A stretch of DNA of 64,000 nucleotides. Origin: Monocercomonoides exilis PA203 (lineage: Eukaryota > Protista > Preaxostyla). Positions 46,816 to 59,649 of the stretch are shown one piece after another. The stretch is taken from assembly GCA_001643675.2 (NCBI GenBank), contig LSRY02000035.1:620001-684000 (forward strand). Reading direction: 5' to 3'. The notes under the pieces were generated by a model. The model was not told the origin of the DNA and did no database searches. It saw only the letters and a program-made list of their open reading frames with translations. Position numbers and translations under genes: made by a program. Position 1 is the first letter of the stretch. The number at the start of each line of letters is the position of its first letter.

Positions 46816-49800
46816 TCAGAACGGTCTGCGCAGGCGAGAAGGTGGAGGATAAGGCGGAGTGCTTTCGTAAGTGCGCCACACGCGCTGCAGAAACGGGTGC
46901 TCTGGAATGGCTCTGATGAGATACTCAGGAAAAGGGAGAGACTCGGAGTGCATATAGCTATTTTATTGTGGATGAAGAAAAGAGAAGGGAAGAGTGGTTG
47001 AGAGAAGAGGAGTGAAAGAAATAGGGGGAAAAAATTATTATTAAATCAAAAAATATAATAAAATATAACATAACATAACATAACATATATGCAAGAAATT
47101 AAAGAAATTAAAAAAAAAAAGAAAAGAAAAAGAATGAGAAATTAGTCATCTACCATCAAACTCCCATTCAAATATTACTCAAAAATAATAAGTGGCAAAT
47201 ATCCTTTTAGAGAGAAAAAAGAAAGAAAGAAAGAAAGAAAGAAAGAGATAGAGAAAACATTGAGAGAAGAGAGAGAAATATTCACTCCTTTCGTCTCAAA
47301 ATCTCATTCATTCTTTCACTCATTCCTCACAATTCTCTCGAATTCTCTCCTCCTTCACAATTTCCCACTCTCCATTCATCTCCAATCTCACACAAATCAA
47401 ATCACAAACCTCAAAAGCGGTTGTATTTTCAGTGCAAAGTTGATCTCCCTTATCACAAACATCCTTCTTTCTCGCTTCTTCCCACTCTCTCTCGCTTTGT
47501 CCAGCGTCTCGCTCCGATCCTCCTCGCTTCTTCTGCTCCCTTCTTTTCCCACTCCAATTGAGTCGCCCCTGCCGCTCCTCGAACCTGCGCTTCCCCATCC
47601 CCCACGACCTAGCCCGCCACCCGCAGGACCCGCTGTGCCACGCTGCCTCTCGATCATCCGCCTCTTCCTCCGCATTGCCTCCAGCTTCTCTGCCCATTCT
47701 TCTTCTTCTCCTCCTTCTCCTCCTCCAATTCCTCCAATTCCTCCTCCTCCCTGGTGGCTCCCTTCTCTTTCTCTCAGCCTGTCTCCTGCTGCCTTCATTT
47801 CCTTCTCCTCTTCTTCCAAAATACTCCGTTCATATTCACTAAGCTCAAGTTCATCTTCTCCTTTGCCTTTGCCTCTTCTTCCTCCTCTTCCTCCTCCTCT
47901 TCTTCTCCCTCCTCTTCCTCTTCCAAATTCCATTGCTCTTCTTCTTCTTTCACCTCCTTCTTCTCCACTCCCTTCCAAATATCTTCCTGCTCCCTTTGCA
48001 GATGATGCAAGTTTCTCTTCATTTGCATCTGAAGAAGAGGAAGAGGAAGAAGAAGAAGAAATATTCATTTTATTTGAGTGGCTCAAAGAAGATTTGCTTC
48101 GCAGTGGTTTCAGGGCAGAATGAGAGCGCTTCTCAAAAATGACTCGAATTCCTCTTCTGACAGCAGAGGTGGGGGAGAGAGGAGGAGAAAGAGAAGAACT
48201 AGAAGAAGAAGAAGAATTTGATTGAGAAGAAGAAGAAGAAAGAGAAGAAGAGGAGGTGATGGAGGAAAGAGAAGTCGATGATGATGGAAGAGAAATAACT
48301 TCTGGGTTTTTGATGTTTATTTGGCTGGAGGAAGTGATATGAGGAAGAAGATTAGATAAATTCTTTTTTTCTTCTTTCTTTTTCTTCTCTTTTCCTTCAT
48401 CTTCCTCCTCCTCTTCTCCTTCTCCTTCTTCCCCTTTTGAATATCTTTCTCGTCCATTTGTTAATTTTGAAATGGAAGAAGGAGAAGGAGAAGAAGGAGA
48501 AGATTTTTCATTTTCTTGCAAATTATCATTTTCCCCTTCATCTTCACCTGGAAATGCAATCTTTGCTAAATTCTCTTCCATTCCTTTTCTTCTCTTCTCT
48601 TCTTCTTCTCCTCCTCCTCCTCCTCCTCTTTCTTCTTCCTCCTCTTCTTCCTCTTCCATCACATCATCCAACATTATCATTCCGTTTGCTCTTCTTCTTC
48701 CTCTTCCACTTCTTTCTTTCTCTTTCAAAATATTTCTTTCTCTTTCTCTTTCTTCTTCCTCTTTTCCTTCTTCCTTTCTTTCTTCTTCTCTTCCTTCTCT
48801 TCCTTCTTCTTCTCTCTCTCTCCTTCTCCTCTCCTTCCTCTCCTTCTCCACCATCTTCCTCAACCTCCTCTCCATCTCCCTCTCTTCCTTCATCGCCTTC
48901 TTCCCTCTCACCACTTTCTCTATCAGCCTGTCCCCTTGTATGTCCATCTCTTCTCTTATTCTTTCTTCTTCCGCTTCTCTTTTCTCTGCTTTCAGCTTCT
49001 GGATAAATAGTTCTTCTTCTAGTTCTCCTTCTCCTTCCTCTTCATCATCATCTTCTTCTTCTTCTTCTTCTTCTTCACTTTCTTCTTCCTCCTCTTCCTC
49101 TTCTTCCTCCTCCTCATCATCATCTTCTTCTTCTTCCATTCTAAATATATCTTCAAATGTCAATACAGATCCATCAACCAATGAAAAATCTATCTTCTTC
49201 TTTCTTCCTTTGCTCTTCTCTTTCTTCTCTTCTCCTCCTTCTCTTCCTTCTCCTTCTTTCTTCTTCTTCTCCTTCTCTTCCTTCCTCCTCTTCCTCTTCA
49301 TCTCCTTTTCTTCTTTTTCTCTCCTCTTTCTCTCCATCTTTTTCTCCTTCTCCATCTCCTTCTCTCTTTTCATCTTCTTTTCTTCTCTCTCTTTCTCCAC
49401 TAAAACATAAGCGTCATTGAATCTTCTGTGTATTTCCCTCATTTTCGCGCCTTGCTGCTTCTGATGAAGAGAAGAGAGGAAGGAAGAGACGGAGAGAGAA
49501 AGAGAAGAAGGAAGAGAAGAAGAGGAGGAGGAAGAGGAAGAAGAGGAAGAGGAGAAGGAAGAAGAAGCAGGATTTAATGAAGAATTTGAGGAGGAAGAGG
49601 AAGAGGAGGAAGAATGAGAAGAATTAGTGCGAGGAAAAGCAGGAACAGAAGGATGAAGATGAAGATAAATAGAAGAGGAAGAGGAGGAAGAAAGAGAAGA
49701 AGAAGAAAACATAGAATGAATAGGAGTCATAGAAGATGAGGAGACAAATGGAAGAGTATGTTTGAAGTTATCAGAAGAAGAAGAAGAAAGAGAAGAAGAA

Positions 49801-52748
49801 GAAGAAGGAAAAGAGGAAGAAGAAGAAAAAAGAGAAGAAGAAAAATTATCTTCCCTTTTTCTTCTTCTGTTGCTGCTGTTGAGGTTAAATGAAGATGTAT
49901 GAGAAGCATCAAATGAACGAGAAAGTGGAGAAGAAGGAAAAGAAGAAGAAGAAGAAGAAGAAGAAGAAGAAGAAGAAGAAGAAGAAGCCAAAGAAGAATA
50001 ACAATTTCTTCCTTTTCCTTCCATCCCTCCTCTTTCTCCTCTTTCTCCTCTTCTCTCCATCCTCTCTTTCTTCTCTTCTCCTTCTCCTCCTTCATCAGGC
50101 GTTCCTCTCCCCATCCCCACCAGTTGTGTCTCTTCAATCACCATCTTGTTCAGCTCTGGGTGAATCTTGCCTGTTGCTATGCATTTCTTCATCACATTCA
50201 GCAGATCATGCTCAATCGAACCAAATTCTGAAAGAGAAGAAGAGGAAGAAGATGAAGTTAATCCTCTTCCTCCTCCTCTTATTCCTCCTTCTCCTTCCTC
50301 TCCTCCTCCTCCTTCTCCTTCTCCTCCTTCTCTCTTCCTCCTTCTCCTCTTGTTTGCACTCATCAGCTGCACAATAGCTGCCAGTGTGATTGCCTTCCTC
50401 TTCAGCTCCTGCTGTCTGACTGGGTCTGACTGGATGTTCTGTGTGAGACGGATCATTTTGGTGGCTATGGAGGAAGACTGCTTGTGGAGAGTGAGAGGAG
50501 AGGAAGAAGAAGGAGAAGGAGAGGGGGGAGAGGAAGAAGAGGAAATTAATGGAGAAGAAGAAGAAGATGATGACGATGATGATGATGGTTTAATTTGAAA
50601 AGAAGAAGAAGATGATGATGATGAAGTTATATTTGTTTGTGAATTCTTCAAAGACGAAGATGAAGAAGCACTAGTAGAAGTTGAAGAAAGCTGATTATCT
50701 TTTCTATGAGGAGACTTAAAAGATACCAATTTCTTTGAATTTCTTTGATTTTCACTCGAATTTTGCTGATTTGGCGAAGATGAACGTCTCAAAAATGGCA
50801 TTTTTTTCGTTTTTTCTTCAGAATTTTCGCTTTTTCTCATCGAAAATGACGTTTTTGTGCCTTTTTGCCTTAAATTTTGGGTTTTTTCTTGATTTTCTTG
50901 ACTTTCTTGGTTATTTCTGGGTTTATTGAAGGAATGAGAATTAGATAGAGAAGAAGAAGAATTTGAAGAAGAAGAATAAAAAGATGATGATGATGATGAT
51001 GATTGTTGGCGTAAAGGTGAATTTCTTATTCTTCTTTTTCCTCCTTTTCTTCCTTTTTCTTCTTCTTCTTCTTTCTCTATTTCTTCTTCTTCTCTTCCTC
51101 CTCTTCCTCCTCTTTCTCCTCTTTCCTCATTTTCTTTAATATTTTCCATTATTTTCATCTCCTTCATCTGATTTCCTTCTCTTTCTTCTGAATGCATCCG
51201 AATCATTCTCATCACAGGCGACCTCAAATAGCCTTTCAATATGTCGCTCCTCTCTTTCATTTGGGGCTTAATGGATATTTTGGATGGATTAGAGGAAGAA
51301 GAGAAAGAAGGAAAAGAATTAAATGGAGAGGAAGAAGAAGAAGAAGAAGAAGAAGAAGAAGAAACAGAAGAGCGAAATGAAGCAGATGTTGCTAATGTTG
51401 TGCCGTTGCGTGACACACTTCGAAGAGCATTTTCATTTCTTCCCTTGTTTTTCCCTCTCATTTCCTCTGCTTTGTCTCCTTCTCCACTCACTTCTCCTCT
51501 CTTCCTAATGTCCTTTTCTCTTTCTCTTTCTCTTTCTCTTTCTCTTTCTCTTTCTCTCTCCCTCACTTTCATTTTCGCTTTCTCTTCTCTCTTCTTCTCT
51601 CTCTCTGCCTCTCCTTCTCCTTCTCCACTCGCCCCTCCTTTCTCCACCATCTTCAGTGTCTCTTCTGCTCCTTCTATCACTTTCAAAAGCTCATCTTCGT
51701 CATGTCGCTTAAATTCCCCTCGTTCGCGCCTGCCGGCAGACGAAATGCTTCTTATGGGAACAGAAACATCCACAGATCGATTTTTGGGTGCTGAAAAATG
51801 CGAAGTTGATGGCAAAATAAGTGTGTGCGAACGCGGTCGTGTGGGGGAATTATACGAGGAGCGAAGAAGGGAAGAAGATTGATAAGAGTCTCCAGAAGCA
51901 GAGGCAGAGGCAGAGGCAGACGTTGAAACAGAAGGTGTGTCGCTCAGCAGCTGCTTCTGCATCAGCTCCTGCTGCCGTTGCGAGGCAAGAATGCGGCCGG
52001 CTTCTTGTCTGAGCTCTGCTGGGGCAAACAACATCTCCTGCACATCAACTGCTTTGCTCGCGAGGCTCTTATTCTCTGAGCAGTCGAGATGCAGCGGGCG
52101 GCTGTGCATCAGAAGGGAGCTGCGGACTGGATCGATGCGCGTCGATATGAGCGAGGAGAATAACGCGCTCGATCGAGAAGAATATGACAGATCTGCAGAT
52201 TCATGTAATTTGCTCTCATCGCAACCGTCTTTCAAACTGAATTCTCCATCGCTGCTGCTTCTTAAACTGGAAAAAGTGTCAAAGTCATGAACCAAAAGGG
52301 ACTTAAGTAATAAATCCTTTGATGATTCATCAGGCAAATCATCAATTTGTTGAACCAATGAATATGCATCCGAAACATCAAAGTCTCGAGCACTGGACAC
52401 GGGACTTGAAAGAGTTGTGAGGGATCTGTTTGTGATGGAAGTTCTGTTTGTGCTTGTCGATGGAATCGTCTCTGAATGCGAAAAAGGCGAGGCAATTGAA
52501 GAATATGAATGACGCTCAATATTTTCGATTTCCTTTTGTCTCATTTGCTCTCTTTGTTTCTTTGAAATTGTTGGAATCTTCAGGCAAGCAAGAGGTATCC
52601 TGGGAACAAATACTTTTTTTGGAACGCAAAGCTTTCCATCCCGCGATTTTTCCGCGTCTTCAGGCAATTCAAAAACAAAATTTGATGACGTGTTGCTTTC
52701 ACGAAGAAAAGGCCGTTCTAAAACTTTTGATTCAGTCATATTTGTCAT
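46816..52748 (-). CDS. Large low-complexity Ser/Glu/Arg/Gly-rich protein of unknown function
   Basis: 1783-aa ORF 47397-52748 ends at an IQ-like ALKIQPLLR and a GT donor. A probable terminal exon at ~46816-46958 reads YMHSESLPFPEYLIRAIPEHPFLQRVWRTYES...RRPF*. Intermediate small exons are unresolved. Confidence 0.65.
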
Positions 52749-53185
52749 TGCTTGAAATCAAAACGATAAATTTTAAAAACAGAAGCGATAACCTATCTAT
52801 CACATATTTCAGCAAATAATTGAAATATATATTTTAATATGAAATGTTTTCCATACAAATTAACTATCCAAATACGCAATCACAACTTTACAAAATGGTA
52901 ATTTATGAAAACAGATTGATCTGATGATTATATAAACTTTTTTTCAGAAAAAACACGAAATAAATTCACAAATAGAATTACATTCACATTTAAAAAAATG
53001 AAAAGAAAAAAGAAAAGAAAAAGAAAAAAGAAAAGAAAAGAAAAAAGTAAAAAGAAATGAAGAAATGTAGAAATAAAGAAAAAACATGTGTCACGTAAAT
53101 TATTTTGTTTCTGTTATTCGAAAGATTTTGAACATTTATATTAGAAAGTGATGGATGATTTTAGTATTTTTTAATTGGATTAAGT

Positions 53186-53390
53186 GGTTGATCCTTTTTG
53201 AAATCAAACTTTAGTTCGAGTTTTGATCAAAATTTTAATATCACTGGGATTTAGAAAAATTCTAGTTTATGCAATAGCAATATCATAAACAATATGAATT
53301 AACAGTTTAACTTCAATTTTTAAAAATCCCATTGAGAATAAAATTTTGATCAAAACTCGAACTAAAGAATGATTTCAAAAAGGATCAGCC
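53186..53390. mobile_element. 205-bp MITE with ~75-bp TIRs and a candidate 4-bp TSD (AAGT)
   Basis: gg(t/c)tgatcctttttgaaatca..ctttagttcgagttttgatcaaaatttta is inverted at both ends. AAGT lies at 53182-53185 and 53391-53394. Confidence 0.75.
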
Positions 53391-53738
53391 AAGTGAAAAA
53401 GAAACAAACTTTCGTTGAAATGTTAATGAAACATAAAATAATTCAAATGCATTCGATAATTGTGCACTTAAAGATGTCTATGGAGTAGACTTTATAGTTT
53501 TAAATCTCTTCTTTTGAAAAAAGAGATGTTTCACTAATGTTTTCAAAAAATTTCATGTTTCAAATGCTCACACTCCGGAATTACTGAATGATGCAATATT
53601 TATCGAAAGCCAAAAATGAATCATCATAAGTGAATTTAATTTTTTTTAACAAAACTGGCACTATTGTATGATGCATTTAACTGAGAAATGTTTGCACAGG
53701 AAATACGGCAATTTTTTTAGTGCTAATGTTCATCCAGC

Positions 53739-54108
53739 TATCGCATAAATTACCGGACAAGATTGATTTCCCAATAACTGCAAAAGGAATAATTCTGACA
53801 TTTATCCTATTAATATGTCTTAGCAACACTTACTCATATTATATGCAAAACTTTCAAAACAACTTCATTTGTGCTCAGAAAAAAACAATTATTAAAAGCT
53901 CGGAGAAATAGAATTTTGAGTTTCTCCGAGATTTCGATATTAATTTCTCCTGAGCACAAATGAGGCTGTATTGAAAGATTTGCATATAATATGAGTTTGT
54001 ATTGATGAGATACATTTTAAGGAAAATTATCGAAATTATTCCATTTGCAGTTGTAGTGAAATCGATTTTGTCCGGGATTTTGTGCGATGTCCGGTATTTT
54101 ATGCGATA
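53739..54108. repeat. Long imperfect palindrome / fold-back element (arms ~170 bp, centre ~53913)
   Basis: Matching inverted blocks: atcgca..ccggacaa, aactgcaaa.ggaataatt, actcatattatatgcaaa, tcatttgtgctcag, ctcggagaaa. Confidence 0.85.
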
Positions 54109-54471
54109 TCTGTATATTTATCTTATTTGCACACCATTAACAAAATAAAACAGTTTTTTTATTTTTTTTCCTGCACAATAATGTTAGGATTATTGTTATG
54201 GATAACCAGAAAATGTTTGGAACAATTGGTTGTTTATTTCACAAACGCAAGAATATTGCCCCAAATGGAAAATATGACCCTGAATAAATATATTAATTTA
54301 TTGTGTGCGAGTTTTTGCAAATGGGCCGGTTTTGAACCAAACAATTATTAATTTTTATTTTTATTTTTTCAGAATAAAGCGACATCGCGAACAATTACGA
54401 TCGGATATTGTCACAAAAAGTTGGGCAAAACTTGATGTGATTATGTCTGGCTTGGACTGTGTTCACTGAGT

Positions 54472-54653
54472 TTTATTATCGAAATAAATAAAACACTCAT
54501 TTTTTTATTCAAATTTCTGTTCACACTTACGAAGCTTTTCAAAAAAAGAAGAAACCACTCAATGATGCTAATGAAATCATTCAAAGCGAAGTTCAGTGAG
54601 TGTGATAAGAAATTTGATCAAAATAAAATTTATTTTTTTATTTCGAGAAATAA
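54472..54653. repeat. Degenerate fold-back/MITE-like inverted repeat
   Basis: tcgaaataaa...tcaaatttct..tcacact pairs with agtgtga..agaaatttga...ttatttcga. Confidence 0.6.
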
Positions 54654-55289
54654 ACAAAGAGAATTTTTTCAAAAAAAAATGAACCAATTAAAAATAAAAA
54701 ATTAATAATTCAATAAAATAAGTATTTAAAAATGAATTTTCAACTATTCTAGAAAATGGATTCCTGAATAATTCAAATATCGCTCAACAAATTATAGATC
54801 ATTCTCAAAAAAAATAAAAAATTAAAACCTTCCAGTGAAAAGTGCTTCAAAATTTTTTGAATTCTAAGTTTTGCATAAAAAATATCATAGTTATTTGAAA
54901 ATGACTTTTTCACTTGAATATGTTCATTGAAAAATAATCTACACAAATAATATAATCGAATTTTTTCTCTGGATAAATTTGAATTCAAAAAAAATTATAA
55001 CCAATACACATTCACTCCTAGATGCAAAATTTAATATTTCCAATCAATTTGTTTCACAACAACAACTCTTTTTATTAATTTTTGGCTTTTTAAGTGACTT
55101 TTCAAAAAAAACATTTCAAAAGATTATGCAAGTGAAACAATACCAAAATTAATTGTTTTTCTTCACTTTAACAATAAAACTGCTCATAATTTATCAACGA
55201 TAAAAAAAACATTCAAACGTAAATTTTGTGACATAAACCCAATAAAACTGTTTGTACCATTTTTCAAAATGAAATGAAAAATAAAATTC

Positions 55290-56585
55290 TCATTTTTTTG
55301 AATTTCTGGAAACTTGCTTTTTTAGAATCGCTATTTGCTTGTCCTTTTGAGAGATAATTGTTTGCATTCTCTCTATTTGTTCCTCAAGAGCCTATAAAAT
55401 CCAAACATATCATGCATTTTGAGAAATTGATTACAGGAAAAATTTTTAAAGAAAAAGTATTTTAAAAAATTTGAAGAAAAATTAAAAATTTGTTTAATGT
55501 TAAAAAAAAATACCTTGCATTTTTGACTTAGAATTTCATTTTCTTGAAGCAGATCATTTGAAGAAGATTCAATTTGCTCTTTGGTAATTGAGGAATGAAG
55601 TGAATCGACAGAAGGATGAGAGATTCGTTTGCGAGATGCCAAGCTTGTCATTGCAACTTTATCTTCAAGTTCTCTTTGGGGAGAAGAAAACACTGGACCA
55701 GAAGATTTGCTCTCACTATCCAGTTTCTTTTGATCCGCCACATTAGATCGTGAAATGCTAACTTTAGATGAATTGATAATTTGCTTTTGGATCGGATTTG
55801 AACTTTTTTTAATAAAGCTTCCATGCGAGCCACTGCTCTTTGAAGACTTTTCACTTTTCTCTTGAATGGTTCCAGTGTCTTTTACTGGTGATGATATCTT
55901 ACTTGCTTCTTCTTCTTCTTCTCGCTGTAATGCTTCTTGAAGTTGCTTCTTTTCATTTGAAAGCTGAGAAATCGGCTTAACTGGTGGAAATTCTAAATAA
56001 AAATTAACATTAATTTTAAAGAAACGGTTGCATATAGACCTTTTCGTTCTGTGTAATAATATTCCATCTTAAATAATTTGATGCAAATAATCATTTGCAT
56101 TTAGCAATAAAGAAAAATATACCTCTGCATTAAATTCAAGCAAAACATATTCAATGGCTCCAGGAACAGAAGATGATAACGCTTGAATAATGTCAACAGG
56201 TATTTGATATCCAACTTTCTGAAAAACTTTTGCTATCAAGTATAACATAAATTAATTTTCTTCCAAAGTTAAAACCATTTAACGTTTGCCAATTATAAAT
56301 TTTCTTTGATAATGCATTTGCTGGACTATAGTTGTGAAGGTCAACAAGTTTTGGAAAACAAGCTTTACACACTTCGGCCATTAAGACTTTTTCATTAATT
56401 TAAGAAATTATATAAAAATCACGAAATTACCCATTGCTTAGAAATAAAATACATTTAAATGAGAGAAAACCTCCATCACTAAAATCTCGAGCAATGTTTT
56501 GCTTTGGTCTACTTAGGGCTATTGAATCAACCCATTCATAAACAAGACTGAGAGTTTCAGAATCCAAAGAAAAAAGGTCCATCAT
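55290..56585 (-). CDS. SPEF1: Sperm flagellar protein 1 / CLAMP (CH-domain microtubule-binding protein), multi-exon
   Basis: YEWVDSIALSRPKQNIARDFSDG-VLMAEVCKACFPKLVDLHNYSPANALSKKIYNWQTLN-KVFRKL, followed by a C-terminal coiled coil (LQENEILSQKCK-RMQTIISQKDKQIAILKKQ). Confidence 0.9.
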
Positions 56586-56859
56586 TAAAACGCTTTTTTG
56601 AACAATATTCAAAAGAAAAAATTTCCATTTATTAGCATCAGTTTAAAATATTTTTTCTATATCGCTTTTTAATAATAATAATATTTCAAACCAAAATATT
56701 CTAATATAAATATTGTGAGTTATTTGATCAAAAAGAATTCTTTCTTTTCACTTTGTTTCCACAAATAATATTTATATGCATCATATTTTCATTTCTATTT
56801 CAAACATTTTTTCTTCTTTGTCATTTTTGAATTAATGGAAAATAGATCAATCGATCAGA

Positions 56860-57371
56860 ATGGTGTGATACCTTTTTCTTGTTATTTTGTGCTTATTTGA
56901 GGCCATTAAATATATTTTGTAATAACGTCATTTTGTTATGATATTTATTGTGGTGAATTGTCGTTAATACGTTATAGCCATACAGATTCACTGATCTTGC
57001 AGAATTTGCTCGTATTGTTTCAATTTCTCGCAACAAAGGTATTAAAATATGATGTTATTATTGAAAGAATTATAATGTTATTTTATTAAAATGTATTTAT
57101 GTGTGGCTTTTGCTTTTTATCTGCAGTTTGCTATATCAAAAGAGACGGAGCAGTTTTTAAGTTCAAATTGAGAGGTCCAACTCAAAAAACTACTCTCATT
57201 GTTCATGACGCTTCAAAAGCAAGAAGTGTTCGACGATCAATTCCAAGAGGTTTTTTATTTCGTTTTTATTGCTTTTTTAAATATTCTTTGCTTGATGAAT
57301 CATTTCAATGTTTAATAGAATGGAAAATTGTCGATGTTGCTTTACACAAGAAGAAAGGAGGGAAAAAATAA
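56860..57371 (+). CDS. RPL38: 60S ribosomal protein L38 (eL38), 4 exons
   Basis: Exons 56860-56862 (ATG only), 56978-57038, 57127-57249 and 57319-57371 give MPYRFTDLAEFARIVSISRNKVCYIKRDGAVFKFKLRGPTQKTTLIVHDASKARSVRRSIPREWKIVDVALHKKKGGKK. The eL38 pattern KFK.R.....TL.+.D..KA..+..S+P is present. Confidence 0.8.
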
Positions 57372-57744
57372 AAGAATTTGAAAATCAAATATCCTTCTTT
57401 GAAACTTATTATTTTTAATTCATTTCTTAAAGAAAGATCAGATTTTCGAATAAACACATATGAATTGCATTTCTTTCGCGATGAAAGTTTTCATTTTTTT
57501 TTGCTTCATGATGCAAATGTTCAATTTTAAATATTGAAAAGAATATTATCTCTTCAATCTAAAAGATAATGATTTTCATTTTGAATGAACTCATTGGACC
57601 CCCCCAAAAAAATATCATCATTAACAAAGTGTCAATCTCCTAATTTTCCAAAATTCAACAAAAATTGTTTTTTAATTCTGTAATAGCTGTTTTATTGTTT
57701 TCTTCAAAAATTTATGATGTGATTCTCTTTTTCTTCTTTATTGT

Positions 57745-58425
57745 TTATGCTTTAACATCAGCAGATGATGCATTGGCTGGCTTTTCGAGTGCAGCTTGAA
57801 GTGTTACTGTTCTTCCAGAAAGTTCAAATGATGATTTTTCTTTTAAAGCTTTTTCTTGATCTTGGTGTGATGCAAATTCAACAAATCCATATCCACGAGA
57901 TGAACCATAGCGATCGCGAACAATCAATGCCTCTTTCACTGCATAACCTTCAAATACCTTTGCGAGTTCTTCTTCAGTCAACTTATATGGCAGCGAAGTG
58001 ACATAAACTCTTGTCTTTGAAGCTGGTGCATTTGGATCACGTGGTGCTCTTGGAGCTCTTGGAGCGCGTGCTCTTCTTGGACCACCAAATCCGTACATTC
58101 CTCCTCCAATTCTTCTTGATCCACGACCTCTTCTGTCAAGGGATCCTCTTGGGGCTCCTGCTGGCCTTGTTCCAGGGGCTCTTGGTTCTGATTTCGATAA
58201 CTCAATGCGAATTGGTCTTCCATCAAGATTTGTATTGTTCAATTTGTCGATTGCTGCAACAGCCGTTGCGTTATCTTTCATGTTCACGAAACCATAGCCA
58301 AGTGATCTACTTCCACGTGAAATAATAACGGCTTCAAGCACTTCACCAGCAGTTTCGAATAATTTACCAAGATTCTCGGCTGTTGTAGTAAAGCTAAGGT
58401 TTCCAACAAATAAACGATTTGACAT
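57745..58425 (-). CDS. Two-RRM RNA/ssDNA-binding protein with an RG-rich linker (Tcg1/Gbp-like architecture)
   Basis: RNP2/RNP1 motifs LFVGNL/LGYGFVNM and VYVTSL/RGYGFVEF, with an RGG and (PRA)n linker. Intronless. Confidence 0.85.
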   Translation of the reverse strand: MSNRLFVGNLSFTTTAENLGKLFETAGEVLEAVIISRGSRSLGYGFVNMKDNATAVAAIDKLNNTNLDGRPIRIELSKSEPRAPGTRPAGAPRGSLDRRGRGSRRIGGGMYGFGGPRRARAPRAPRAPRDPNAPASKTRVYVTSLPYKLTEEELAKVFEGYAVKEALIVRDRYGSSRGYGFVEFASHQDQEKALKEKSSFELSGRTVTLQAALEKPANASSADVKA

Positions 58426-58562
58426 TGTCAAGGGACAAAGAACAAATTGAAAAATTCAAAATGTTAGAATTTTGTTTGTTGCGTTTTCACATTCTTAATT
58501 AAGATGTTTTTTATTTTGATGGGAGAAATTAAAGAATAGTGGTTAAGATCTCAATATCAAAA

Positions 58563-59188
58563 ATGTTTGATTTAGTATCGTTTAAACAGTCAACCATTTT
58601 GCTGAAGATATTTCACATTCTTCTAGCTGCCACTTTGGTTTGAATAGCGATGATAAAACATTCATTTCAATACTTTGATAACAATTTATCTTTCAGCTCT
58701 TTTCTCTTATTAATGGTTTATTTTACACAGAAGATCCATTTAATTGGATATATCTTATTGCATATTATGGACTGCAGCAAGAAAGCTGGGCAATTTTATT
58801 CTTTTTCGTAATTATTACTGCTTTTTCATTATTGATGGATTTATTGCAATTAATCATCTACAGTGTGCTTTTATTAATTATGCATATTTTTCACACAATG
58901 CATTTGTGCAGATGCGGATAAAAAGGACTTTTTAGCAACTCCTTTTTGGAACGTAATGACAATCATTGTCGCAGTCTGTAAAAGTGTGCATAAATTTGTT
59001 GGAACATGATATTGTATCAAATAATATATTTTTTAGTTGGACTATGTTTATTGTCTGTTTTAATTAGAAACGATCTTGGAGTAATTCCGCCTTCATCACT
59101 TCCTGCTCAGCAGCAAACATCAAATCCTTATGGAGCAGGTGTCGGTTCAAGTTCATCTGGTGTCGGTGCATATTCCACCTCAGTTTAA
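58563..59188 (+). CDS. Possible small membrane protein encoded by several micro-exons
   Basis: ATG at 58563 is followed by short GT-AG-bounded hydrophobic segments (e.g. DPFNWIYLIAYYGLQQESWAILFFF) and a last exon NDLGVIPP...AYSTSV*. The full splice path was not resolved. Confidence 0.35.
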
Positions 59189-59649
59189 AATATTTGTTTA
59201 TGTTGTTTTATTTCTGCAAAACCAATGTATTATTTGATTCAAACGTCTTCATTAAAGAGTAGTTGTATATAATCGAAAAAACTGAAAATTTTGATTTTGC
59301 TTTCAGGGAATTTTCAACATTCCGTACCATTTCACTTTTCTTTCTATACTATTTTCTATTTTTCCTTAGCTTTTTTAATCTCAGTCTTTTTAAAACATTG
59401 GTAAATAACCGCAACAGTTTTGTTTCATCAAAACTTAAAACCAAAAAATGAAAATCATAACACAAGCCCTTTCACTGAAAAATTAAAAGCAAAGTGAATA
59501 GAAACAAATATAAAAAACGGGAAAAACATGAAACAATGACAATACTTATAAAAAAGGGATTTACATTGAAGAATAAATAATAACATCACGCAGAATTGAT
59601 AAAGAAATCTATAAAGCATTTACACAACAAACATCAAATCAAATTTATA

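Noticed and set aside
47260-52290. Long + strand ORFs (e.g. 48472-49410, 47260-48123, 51241-51882)
   Set aside because: They are antisense shadows of microsatellite-derived low-complexity coding sequence.
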